Assembly: GCF_018977255.1 (NCBI RefSeq)
Contig: NW_024704742.1
Coordinates: forward strand, 114,950,001-115,014,000
Length of the DNA: 64,000 bases
Reading direction: 5' to 3'
Source: Callorhinchus milii
Taxonomy: Eukaryota
Part shown: one piece after another, positions 53,273 to 64,000 of the stretch
How the letters are laid out: each line of letters opens with the position of its first letter
Position numbering within the stretch: position 1 is the stretch's first letter
The notes under the pieces: generated by a model
Told to the model about the DNA's origin: nothing
Database searches by the model: none
The model's input: the letters and a program-made list of their open reading frames with translations, nothing else
Translations under genes and position numbers: made by a program

Positions 53273-55085
53273 TACCCTGTGTCTGACTCCTTTTAAAATA
53301 TTTAGTTAGTTCCCTTTTGAAAGGCAATATAATTCTGCTTCAGCCACTGGTCCCATCAGAGCATTGCATAACCTAACTACCCTGTGAAAACATTTCTAAT
53401 TTCATATTTGCTCGTTTACTCATGGTCTTAAATTAATTCCCACTGACTCACTGACTCACTGACCAGTAGAAATAATTTCTCCCTCTTGACTCTTCTGAAA
53501 CCCCTCATAATTTTAAAGACCATTTCATTCCAAGGAAATGGGGATTCATTACTGTAACAGACATATATCAGGTTGATTGTTTTTTTTTGGTCAGATGGGT
53601 GTCTGACACAAGCGGATTAAAATACTGACTAAAACAAAGGGTTAGCTTGACATATGCCTGAAATTCTGCAACTTTAAACCCTTGAATATACAAAGATGGA
53701 TATAAATTGATCAATACAATTACAATACAATTTACATTTAGACTGTTGACATTTATATACACTGTCCACATCAGGAAGACTCTCAAAAGCACCTAATTGT
53801 GTTGGACTGGCACCTGAGCTGGGGTGGGCATCAAACTACACCACTGTTAAACGCTTTGTGATGCAAGAATGTAAGTTGTTATTGTTGATAGTTACAAAAA
53901 TTAGAACTTGCTGTTTGTAGGACATTGCTGTGTGTAAATTGGCTATCGTGTTCACCTACAAAATGCAGTCACTGCACTTTACAGTATAATCCTGTGCAGT
54001 GCTTCAGATGTTTCAACAATGTGATAAGGCACTATATCAAATGGAAGGATTATTATATCACATGCAAAGATTATTATAAATACATGAATATGCCCCAGAA
54101 AATAAATACCCATCAGTAAAGTCCAGATAAGCTCCTCACAACAAGTTCCCTAGACATTTGGTATACACTATTCAGCTTTTGAATCAACTTCAGTTTATTA
54201 GGTTACACCACTTCTGTTTCAGCTTCCCTCACTTTATGCAATCTGTCTTCTTCCTCCAAAGAAAAGTGTTCGGATATTTATAAAATTCATTGATGTGTAA
54301 CTGATAACTGTCAAAGGAAAAGATCTATGAAATTCAAAAAGCTCCTGCAGGGATTAATTCAAAGGTTGTGCTTCTGTGCATTTCAAATAGAAAAAAAATA
54401 GCAGTCACTGAGAAGCTGTGCAACAGCAGACTTTACAATGGAAGTCACTAAAGGGGAAATTATCACTTCAGTGAGAAGTTATTGATGAGGCTTAGATCCC
54501 ACAAGAACCTATTTCAATGGTTGTGCTTTTAGATCTCCTGCTGTTGTGAGATAATAATAATAATCCTTGTATTTGAACTCACACCTTATCAGGTTTTGTG
54601 GAGTCCTGCTTTGAGACATTCTCCCTATGTGAGAGGTGTTATATGTGCATAACTTGGATAAAAAGCGCTATTGTCGCCTTGAGACGTCTCAACAATGTGA
54701 TAAAATGCTACATCAAATACAAGGATTATAGATTATTGTTATTGACAACCATTCCCCATATGGTTGAACACCCTGCCAATGTTCTCTGGCTGAAATAACA
54801 CACCAACAATGACCACATAGGCCTGTGCTTGCAAAAGCAGCATGAGTAGCACCTTGGGATGTCCTCCTGAAGAGAAGGGCGCTATACAAATGTGATTTGT
54901 TGTTGTTGTTGTTGAATACTTGCCTTTAGGAATGGAAAAAAATTGGAAAGGAAATCTTAAAACAAAATGGGTAACATTTGGACACATTACGTGGACCTTA
55001 TTTCTCTTTTGTCATTGCAGTTCTACCGAGCTTTGCAGATACAAGTTGTCAGTCTGTTGCTGATTGCCAGGAGACGATTGAAGCC

Positions 55086-56657
55086 ATGGAGGTGCGCACT
55101 GATGGCAACTCCTTACTGAAAGCTGTGTACCTGAGCAGGTTGCGCCTCACCAGGCTGCTGCTGGAAGGTGGCGCTTACATAAATGAGAGCAACGAGCGAG
55201 GAGAGACACCCCTCATGATCGCTTGCAGGACCAAGCACACGGACCATCAAAGTGTCAGCAAAGTGAAGATGGTGAAATATCTTCTGGAGAATCACGCAGA
55301 CCCTAACATCCAAGACAAATCAGGAAGAACCGCCCTGATGCACGCATGCACAGAGCAGGCTGGAGCAGAGGTTGTGTCTTTGTTGTTAAAAAGCAACGCT
55401 GATCCCAGCCTCGAGGATCATTCAGGCTGCTCCGCTTTGGTCTGTGCTGTGAACTCAGGTGACAAAGAAACCCTTAGGATTCTGCTGGATGCCTGCAAGG
55501 CAAGAGGAAAAGAGGTCATTATCATCACAACAGCCAAATCGCCCTCTGGTAGGCAAACCACTAAGCAATACCTGAACGTTCCACCTCCTCCACATATTGA
55601 TGATCGACACTCACCCATTCCCTGCACCTCACCTTCAGACATCGAGCTTAAGACATCACCGCCTCACCTCAACAGCAATGTGGCCGAAGAGAAGCGCGTA
55701 TTTAGCTTCAGGGAACCGGTTCATCTCTTTAACAACCAAGGTTCCTCTGAACCGGCCTCTCCGACCAGAAAGTGCAACCAGACACATTCTGGGGCCAAAT
55801 TCCCACAACTTCAAAGGCTGCACTCTGAGCCCTGGCTGAACATCCCTCCTTCCCTGGTACCTCAGAACAAAATATCCTCATTCCAGGAAGAAACACAGAA
55901 CCTCACCCCAGAGGAAAGCCTATCCCTTAAAATCAATGGATTAATTCTACCCAAGCGACTCTTCACTAGACATCAAAGTATTGATGTAAAGGACACTGCG
56001 GGTTTATTGAGAGCTTTGGATCAAGCATCGGCTTTGGCGGGCCCAAGGAAATTGTCCTACGATGAAATGCACTCACAGTCTGCTCAGCCTGGATCGCAAC
56101 GCAATAGCACGCTTCCTGTGGACCAGGACCCCGATCACCTACAACTCATCAACGCCTCAAGCTTGCGCAACATTGTCCACAGGAGGAACTTGGGTATTAA
56201 TCACTACAGCTCCGACTCGCAGCTTACCACGTGCTCCATGTCCACGTCGCTCGACGAAACCAAAACCTTTCTAGAGAAGAAAAAGATGATCACTTCTCCG
56301 TTAGCTGCTTCAACTGGGTCTAGGGATTCGCTGGACAATCTCACAACCATCAGGAAACAACCTGGTATCCTAGAGAGACGAGGCTCAGGGACTCTCCTCT
56401 CAGATCGTATTTCACAAACCAGACCGGGATACCTCCCACCTTTAAACATCAATCCCCACCCCCCAATTCCTGATATCAGAGCCATCAGCAAAGACCCCGG
56501 GCCCTTTCCCGGCGGTGGGAAACCTTTACTGCCAGCAGCACCAAATAGCCAAAAGCGAACAGATGTTAAGAGCAAGAAAATGCTCCTACGGAGGCACTCG
56601 GTGCAGGCAGAACAAATGAAACAGCTGGCAAATTTTGAGGAAATATTTGGTCAGTGA
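55086..56657 (+). CDS. ANKRD34B: Ankyrin repeat domain-containing protein 34B, single coding exon, 523 aa
   Basis: gccATGg Kozak after acceptor ttgcag|55021. N-terminal ankyrin repeats GNSLLKAVYLSRLRLTRLLLEGGAYINESNERGETPLMIAC... and C-terminal KKMLLRRHS are typical of ANKRD34. Paralog B is assigned from synteny between DHFR and FAM151B. Confidence 0.92.
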   Translation: MEVRTDGNSLLKAVYLSRLRLTRLLLEGGAYINESNERGETPLMIACRTKHTDHQSVSKVKMVKYLLENHADPNIQDKSGRTALMHACTEQAGAEVVSLLLKSNADPSLEDHSGCSALVCAVNSGDKETLRILLDACKARGKEVIIITTAKSPSGRQTTKQYLNVPPPPHIDDRHSPIPCTSPSDIELKTSPPHLNSNVAEEKRVFSFREPVHLFNNQGSSEPASPTRKCNQTHSGAKFPQLQRLHSEPWLNIPPSLVPQNKISSFQEETQNLTPEESLSLKINGLILPKRLFTRHQSIDVKDTAGLLRALDQASALAGPRKLSYDEMHSQSAQPGSQRNSTLPVDQDPDHLQLINASSLRNIVHRRNLGINHYSSDSQLTTCSMSTSLDETKTFLEKKKMITSPLAASTGSRDSLDNLTTIRKQPGILERRGSGTLLSDRISQTRPGYLPPLNINPHPPIPDIRAISKDPGPFPGGGKPLLPAAPNSQKRTDVKSKKMLLRRHSVQAEQMKQLANFEEIFGQ

Positions 56658-58279
56658 AAGACTGTTTATCAGAATGGTTTATAAAAATAACTAGCGATTA
56701 CAACGGCCTCTGATCAAAAGGACAATGATGTGATTTTGTCCAGTGCTATAACACCGAGTTAATGTTGCTCATGATATCCAATGTAACTCATGGAACTGGT
56801 ATACTCCAAGCCTGTTGATGTTGTAAGGATGAAATGACACGACCTATTCACAGATTAGAATGTTTCAGGATCACATCTTAGAATCATCCTAACTATGTTC
56901 GACTACTTCATAAATTTTAGTTTCTGTCAGTATTGGCTAGAAGAGGAATCTTATAATCAAGACGCGGGGATAAAATATGCTATAATTTGATAAGGTTGGA
57001 TACAATATTTATCACATCCAATAATAAGTACCCTTGCAATTGATATAGTACTTTATCGTGTCTTTGAGACATTTAAAAGCACTTCACAGAATACTGTAAA
57101 GTGAATTCACTATGTATTTTGTAGGCGAAACGTGGCAGCCAATTTGTTTTCAATAAAATGATTCAAAAGGGAACTGGGCACACGACTAACAAAGAAAGAC
57201 TTTGACATACATGGGAAAAGGGCTGGAAAGTAGTACCACTGAAAAGGGAAGGGCAACTTAAAAAAAACAAGGTAGCAGTGGGACAAGCATGATGGGCTGA
57301 ATCCAATTTCTTTTGTGCTAGAAATGTTTGTGTTTCTACAAGATGGCCATGATATATTCTTATAAAGGGGACAATGGTTCTGATCCTTTACATATTGTAC
57401 AGTGGTAAACACTGATCTACATCTGCAATTACAGAAAGGAATCTGAGTTTGTCAAACTCGTGTTGCTTGACAAAACACTGTATTCAGTGGATGAGAAGAA
57501 GAGATTTCAAATCAATTCATATTTTGTTTCAGTGGTATAGCACCAAAACGGGCCATTTAGTCCAACTAGTCGATGCTGGTGTTTATACTCCACATCACTC
57601 CCCAACCCTCTAATTCCCCTCTCCTATACCCCTCTATTCTCTTCTCCCTTGTGTATCATGTTTTCACTTAAATACATCAATGATTTTTTTCAGATCTGTA
57701 TTTGGTTTGGTGGGTTGGATTAAATCATTGATCCTAATTGAAAGTAGCAGTACAAACTCTCATTTCACCTGCCTTTTAGTGAACCTCCTGTGCAGATCTG
57801 ATGGTTGGGTGCATAACACGTAGAGGTGCCAGTTTAATCATACTGCGATTAACTTTCACAAAAGATTTGGTTCCCGGTCTATGGTGAGTTAGCTGATCTC
57901 TGGCTCTAGGAGATATAAAATTGCCTTGGGCTCCGTGGTTTAATGTGGAAAATCTGCCAGGAAACTTGCTTCTGATGGTTGTCTAGTGATTCTGCTAGAG
58001 ATGCATGTTTATGGACATTAGGTGATGCCGACATTGGGGCTTGGCTGTGATTTCTCACCCCACCCCCCCCACACACACACAAATTGGATGGAATAGCTGT
58101 CCAGCACTCACTGAAACTCACAGATGAATAATGGCCACTTGGGCAAAATACCAGAGGGCATCCAAGATTAGCTTTGAATCAAAATTCAGTGAAGTTAAGA
58201 AATGAGCTAAATGCCTTGACAGAAGAGGGGAGAATGGAAAATTGACAAGGAAATACATAAATAAGGATAGGAACGTGTT

Positions 58280-58920
58280 ACAGTGAGAGGAGGGTTTCGG
58301 GGGGAAAAAATATTTAAAAAGGGATATTTGAGGGCTACAAAGATCTTCAGGGAATAATGTAATGGCAATAGCTTTTTCACTAGAGATGAGAACGTTCAGA
58401 AGTGACCTGATAAAGGTCATGAAGATTATGAAGGGTTATTACAGGGCAAATGGTAATAGATTATTTCCACTCGTTGATGAATCAGTCCCAAGGGAGCATA
58501 AATTTAGGAATATCACAAAAAGAATTAAAGGGGAGGAAACATTTCTTTACAGAGGATGGAAGTCTCTGCCACAAACTTTTAAAGCAGAATCTGTGAATAC
58601 TTTTATAAAAGAAATGAGATAGATGCTTGAAAAAAGTGAAATATTAAACGGAATGTGGAGTGAACAGAAGACTGAAATTAGACTAGATAATCTCTGGAGA
58701 TGAATACCAGCACAGACTTAATGATAATAAAATAATAATCCTTACATCAGGAAGATACCTCAAAATGCTGTACGATATACTGTAAAGTGCAGTGACCGTG
58801 TTTTGTGGGTGAATGCAGCAGCCAATTTGCACACAGAAATGTCCCATAAACAGCCATAAAATGAATGACCAATTTTATTTGGGGATTGTTGGGCTGAATG
58901 GCCTCTTTCTACATTGTAGC
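58280..58920 (+). mobile_element. CR1 3' fragment interrupted by a SINE remnant (others near 2490-2680, 6430-6640, 40330-40480, 45570-45730 and 63000-63520)
   Basis: FSLE.R..RSDLI.V.KIMKG translation and the gggctgaatggcct 3' UTR. Confidence 0.75.
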
Positions 58921-59707
58921 AATGTCAGACTTTATGGGGAAAAAAACAATAGCTAAAGATATTTTAGAGAGGCAGTAAGAGAAAGAAAGAAATTATTCAA
59001 AACATTGAGAAAATTCAGATATTACACAAGAAAAGTCGAATAAGATGTGTAAACATGACAGATATGTCTTATTGTCTGTCATAGAACTAGATATTAAAAT
59101 GAAGATGAACAGAGATCAAAAGCTTTTGGTTCTCATGCAAATGTGTTGCCTCTGAGTAAATGGAGAGCTTCTAAAATGGAAACCTGTGAGCAAGTGAAAA
59201 TATGAGCGAACAAGCAAAATGCAGAGGAAAATGTTAAAAGAAAGAGGGGGTTATTCTGCTCAGATTGTTACATTTACTTATTTTGCTGTGAATTTTAAAA
59301 ATAACATGGTTTTATATGTAGAATCTATAACTCTAATGCCATACTGTATTATGCATTATGTAATTTTAATCAAAATTTAATGTTTATTTATAAAGTCTGT
59401 CTTCGTATTGCACAAGTTATAATAACATAAATAACATCTGTAGAATAACAGAAAGACATGTTTAAATCCAGACGACAGGTTTATGTGTTTATAAGAGCTT
59501 CAAGATACCCCGTGTGAAGGGCACGATGCAAATGCAATTGTTGTTGTCTACATCAAGGGTTCTCAAACTTTCTGGAATCAAGGCCCTCACATGACATTAG
59601 ACATCCTGACTGACGAACCTCACACAATTTCTAGTGAGTCTAGAACCGCTTGTATCTTTGAGTGTTATTTTGTAATTAAACAGTTTTAATGAAGCATAAG
59701 TAGGATG

Positions 59708-60092
59708 TGGAGTCCTGGAGCATATTAGTTGGAGCACTTGCCACGCAAGCAAGAGGACCTGGTTTGATTCCCGGGCAGAGCGAAACGTTTCCTTACTCCA
59801 CACGCCTCTGTTTACCTAGCAGTAAGTAGGAACCCGGATGTTAGTCAATCAGCAGATCGCTTTTCCGTGGGTAATAATCCCTTCAAAAAATAAAAATAAT
59901 TTAAAAATTAATAATAATTTGGTCACTCAGTCCACGGATGTTTGTGGGACACTGCTGTGTGCAATTGGCTGCCATGTTTTGACCACAAAATATACAGTCC
60001 ATTCACTTTATAGTATATTCTATGATGCACTTTGCAACATCTCAAAGGCGTAATAAGGCACTATATCAAATACAGGAATTATTAGTAGTAGT
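59708..60092 (+). mobile_element. Older, longer subfamily SINE
   Basis: Contains the extra gtttacctagcagt segment, like 9998-10368. Confidence 0.85.
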
Positions 60093-60454
60093 TTTCTATT
60101 AACACTTGAAGTGTATTAAACTGAAGTGTTTGCTTTGAACATATTAAAAATTAGTTTCACTGTTAAGATTCTTCTACTTTTAATTGCACAATAATTCCCT
60201 CATCTTATGTGGTTCTAAATTCTCCAGTCACAATACTCCAAGGATTTAAATACTCACTTTTGCAGCACTGACTATAATATTCTACATACAAAATACAATG
60301 AAATTTTTTACAGTTTAAACATCTCAGCTATTTGTTTCAATTTCACCCTACAATAATGCTGTCTCGTAATGTAAAACTTGCATGTCTTATCTATACATCG
60401 TATAATTGCCTAAGTCATACATTCACCTGAGTTTCCTATCAAAACCACTTAAGA

Positions 60455-60798
60455 CTATCCTCCTTGGGGGGGCAGGTAAGCAGGGTCTCCTTAGAGCTGA
60501 CCTGGCTCCAAGGTGACATGGGAGGAAAGCTTGCCAGCCAGCGATATCAAAGACAAGCTATGCGGATTTAGCTGGTTAGACTCCAGCAGTTACCCCAAAG
60601 CACAGTCTGGTGTCCCCAAGCCTTGACTCTTGCTAAACCTGCGTCCAATACTCTCCTGAATTAGCTAAGCAGGATACGTCCCTCCGTAGAATTTCCATGT
60701 GTAGGTGGGATGCATGGAACTCTCAGTTTGGTTTGGATTCTCTTAACCGTGGTGATGGGTTGCTGCATGGCAGACACCCGGCTGACCCACCCAAAAAA
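60455..60798 (+). repeat. Unclassified interspersed repeat ending in an A-run (copies at 32647-32900-, 34282-34537+ and 40995-41235+)
   Basis: Shared blocks ccccaagccttg.ctcttg, taagcaggat, gtgggatgcatggaactctcagtttggttt and gacacc.ggctgacc. Confidence 0.8.
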
Positions 60799-62537
60799 TC
60801 GAAACCATTTAGCAAAGATAACATTTATAACAGGAATGAATAACACTTTATATGAACTCATTTATTGACCAGAAAAGCCTCTTTGTAGATTAACCACGGA
60901 CCACCTTGTGTATTGTTCTGAGTGAATAATGTTTAAGAAAAGAACTGATTAAATAGCATCATTGATTTTTTTTAAAAGAAACTTCTCACACTACACTCTC
61001 TTTCTCAGAAGAGTTGTCATCTTTGCTTAATGGGCTGGTGAAGTCACCCGAATACAAGATTTTTATGATATTTAAACTGACAACTTCCAATTTGCAGAAA
61101 TTCGATATTGTTAAAATCAGATACCTTCTGTTAATGATGGAGCAACTGACTACAGAAGCATAATAAAATGGGTCATCATATACAATTACTGGGAGTGAAT
61201 TAACAAGTGCCTGAATGAAGGATTCAATAATAAAAAAGGAAAATAAGTTTGAAGAGTAGAACATGATGAGATTTATAGACCTTCAAAGTACATGCAAATA
61301 TTTACTTAAAATATATTTATTCTGTGTCAGTCATATGTGCAGTCAATATTAGATATATATGTTGATAAAGCTTTGTTCCATTGTTTGAATCCTGATATTT
61401 GTGTGGGTCAGTGTTTATAGAAAGGATGAGTTATTTAATTATAACTTCAATCTTAACTGTTAACAATACAAACTCATCCAACATGTACAGCTTCTCATTT
61501 GGGTGTTGTGCTAATGAGAGAACATATTGGTTTTCAAGTCTCTGATAGCTGCTCAGTCTGCTCTGTGTACTTGGGCATATCCTAGATACAAGTGTAACAT
61601 TCAAGCTGGGAAAGGTTGTGTGGGACACACCATGGTTCTTCAATTCAGCTTGTATGTGTGTTTAACGGGTCAATTAAATAGTTGGTGGGAGGAAGCATTG
61701 CATTTCTATTCTCCGATAGAAAAAAGGGAATAAAGAAGTAGCAGACAAAATGATGTTGAAGAGATCTTGTCAGTTGTGACAATTAAAAAGACAAAATGTT
61801 CTTCCAACTATTAACAGCCACACATTACCACCCAACTGTTACCTTAGAAAGCTAACCATTACTGTGTACCATATTAAAGCTGCATATTCAAATAACAGTG
61901 GTGTCATTTGTTCATCCTTTATTTATGATTGTTGCACCTCAGTGAGTAAATCGTACTTAAAGATATTTGTTTTGTGCCAAAAAGCACTTTGTGGTGTTCA
62001 ACCTATATGAAAGGTGCAAGTTTTTGAAAAGTCTGATTTTTGTTTAAAAAATTGATTTTTTACGTAAAAAGCACATAAAAAAATCAAGCTGAAAGCTAAG
62101 AAAAAAGGTGAAAATACCCTGGAAATTAAAGAGGTTACCTTCCCATTTTAATAATGTGAAAACCAAAGATCTCAATAGGAAAACTTAAAACATAGACGTA
62201 AAAAGCAGATGCTTAACTGACTTTTCTGGTGAATTTTTTTACCTAAAAGGTAAAGCAAAACAAGTTTTACCCATTTTAATAGACCAGAATTGGTAATATG
62301 GTGACAATCTTCTATTCTGTAGATCAACTGAACTTGGAATGAGCACAAGTCACGTAATTGATGTGCTTAAAGCTTCCCAAAGGGACAATCACCTTTTTGA
62401 ATGTCTGTGTGGTTGAGTCTGTCAGTGGAATACAAACCCATTAGTATTGGAGAATGCTAAAGGAAGAAGAATATTAGCTGAGAATTATTTCAATCTTGGA
62501 TCTCTGGTTTGCATAGCAGCACAGTAGGGAGACATAA

Positions 62538-62700
62538 TCACTTGACTGTGTTCTTCGTATATACTTCATTCCTTAGTTTACTGCTTTGAGGCTCAGAGAG
62601 ATCACAATAAATCTTTGACTTGTTAAAATTCTCCCTGATGTAGAGCATATCTTCCAATGCATACACATCATTTCTTCCTGTCCACACAGTCAGGCTGTAC
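62538..62700 (-). CDS. FAM151B: FAM151B last coding exon
   Basis: atgcag|G TAC...AAG TGA; YSLTVWTGRNDVYALEDMLYIRENFNKSKIYCDLSEPQSSKLRNEVYTKNTVK*, similar to the FAM151B C-terminus. Phase matches the upstream exon. Confidence 0.9.
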
Positions 62701-63605
62701 CTGCATTAAAACAATATTCCAGAATCAGAACAGATTTGTGTTACAGGCAAGGCTCTGTTTTCAATAGAATGACAGTTCTAACCATTAAAATACAAGAAGA
62801 CAAGAGTAAACTGTTCATAGACATAAATTAGTCCACAAGTGAGGGCCAAAGATGTAGGTTCTTCCAAGTGTGGCAAAACACACATTTGGCAGTCAAAAAT
62901 CAATGCATAATGTACCTCTTCCTAGAGGGTTTTCAGGTGAGAACATGCATCCATACCATTGAATTTTACGGTATGCTAGCATTTTAGAGTACATGAGCAA
63001 CGTCACTCCAACTGTGCAGAGCAAGAGGAGGTTAACTGCAATTTGATTGAAGTATTTAAAACAATGAAAGGAATTGATAAGTCAGATAGTGGATGACTCT
63101 TCCTTTTGGTAGTGGGATCCGTTACAAGAGGACGTAGCTTAAAAATCAGATCTAAGCCAGTTGAAACTGAGGCCTGGGAATGTTTTTTCACACAAAGGAT
63201 AATGAAGATACGGAATGCTATTTTCGCCCAAAATACACACTTTACAATATATTCCGTGAAGCGTTTGAGCTGTCTCAACAACGTGATAAGGCGCTATATC
63301 AAATGCAAGGATTAATATTTTTTATAATGCTCTGCTCTAGAAAGCTGTAGAAGCAGAATCAATAGGGCTATTTAAAAGAGAAATGGAAAGAAACATGGGT
63401 AGTAGAGGTATTAAGAGTTTTAGCGAAAGGAAGGGGCATTGTGTCTAAAAGATCTACTTAGATCTAATAAACTGGCGGAACAGGGGCTTGCTGAGCTAAA
63501 TAGAATTTTCCTGCTTCCTATGCTTCACAGAAAGGTCTTCCAGCTGGGAGAAACTGCAATTTAGTTTATATAATAATGATGGCAGACTCCGGAGGATACT
63601 GTTAC

Positions 63606-63741
63606 CTTTCCGACTGCTGCAGCAGCCAAAGAAGCTGTGGCCAAGAGGGTCGTACCAGTGCCGCTCTGACAGGGAATGTTACTGGCTGACTTAGTGTCCG
63701 GCAGATTTGTTCCATCTCCTGCACCATCTCCCAGGTGTACC
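63606..63741 (-). CDS. FAM151B: FAM151B penultimate coding exon (gene begins beyond right edge)
   Basis: ctaag|GG...AG|gtaac; 136 nt; (G)YTWEMVQEMEQICRTLSQPVTFPVRAALVRPSWPQLLWLLQQSE(R), containing the FAM151 PVTFPVRA motif. Confidence 0.92.
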
Positions 63742-64000
63742 CTTAGAGGAGAAGGCAGGTCATTTTCTAATATTTCTCTTATTAAATCATGTGTTTCCCG
63801 CAGGTTTTCTGTGACACTATTTCAGGTGACCTAACAGAATGAAAACATTTAAATTTGCCTTTGACAGTCAAGTAATCAATTATTAAAGGAAACGGGAAGT
63901 AAACAGGTTTGGGCTAGGTGATGCGGAATAAAACACCGAGAGAAATCCCACATGGGTCTATATTCACTCTATTTATATAGATTTCACAGTGTCCAGAATT

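Noticed and set aside
54978..55085. N-terminal extension of ANKRD34B from the ORF track
   Set aside because: It starts at TTG and crosses a splice acceptor at 55020; the Kozak ATG is at 55086.
60986..61264. 92-aa minus-strand ORF as an alternative FAM151B end
   Set aside because: No recognisable homology, and FAM151B already terminates at 62538.

Overview
Vertebrate genomic DNA, most likely a cartilaginous fish (inferred from the DeuSINE/L2/CR1 repeat landscape and fish-type DHFR). The window carries the conserved MSH3-DHFR-ANKRD34B-FAM151B block. It contains MSH3 exons 1-2 (minus strand, running off the left edge) and a complete six-exon DHFR (6934-34686, 191 aa). It also contains the single coding exon of ANKRD34B (55086-56657) and the last two coding exons of FAM151B (minus strand, running off the right edge). 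All exons were assembled by hand with consistent GT-AG sites and phases. Much of the remaining sequence is retroposon-derived: young tRNA-Ala-headed SINEs, older DeuSINE-like copies, L2 and CR1 LINEs. There is also a (GGGCA)-type G-rich array and a 29-bp minisatellite split by an L2. Most ORFs in the supplied track are repeat artefacts. I find no convincing new multi-gene system. The most notable observations are a minimal hammerhead-ribozyme motif in DHFR intron 3, a decayed duplicate of DHFR exon 5, a MSH3/DHFR promoter split by retroposons, a strongly AT-to-GC-shifted SINE relic inside that promoter, and several informative retroposon junctions.
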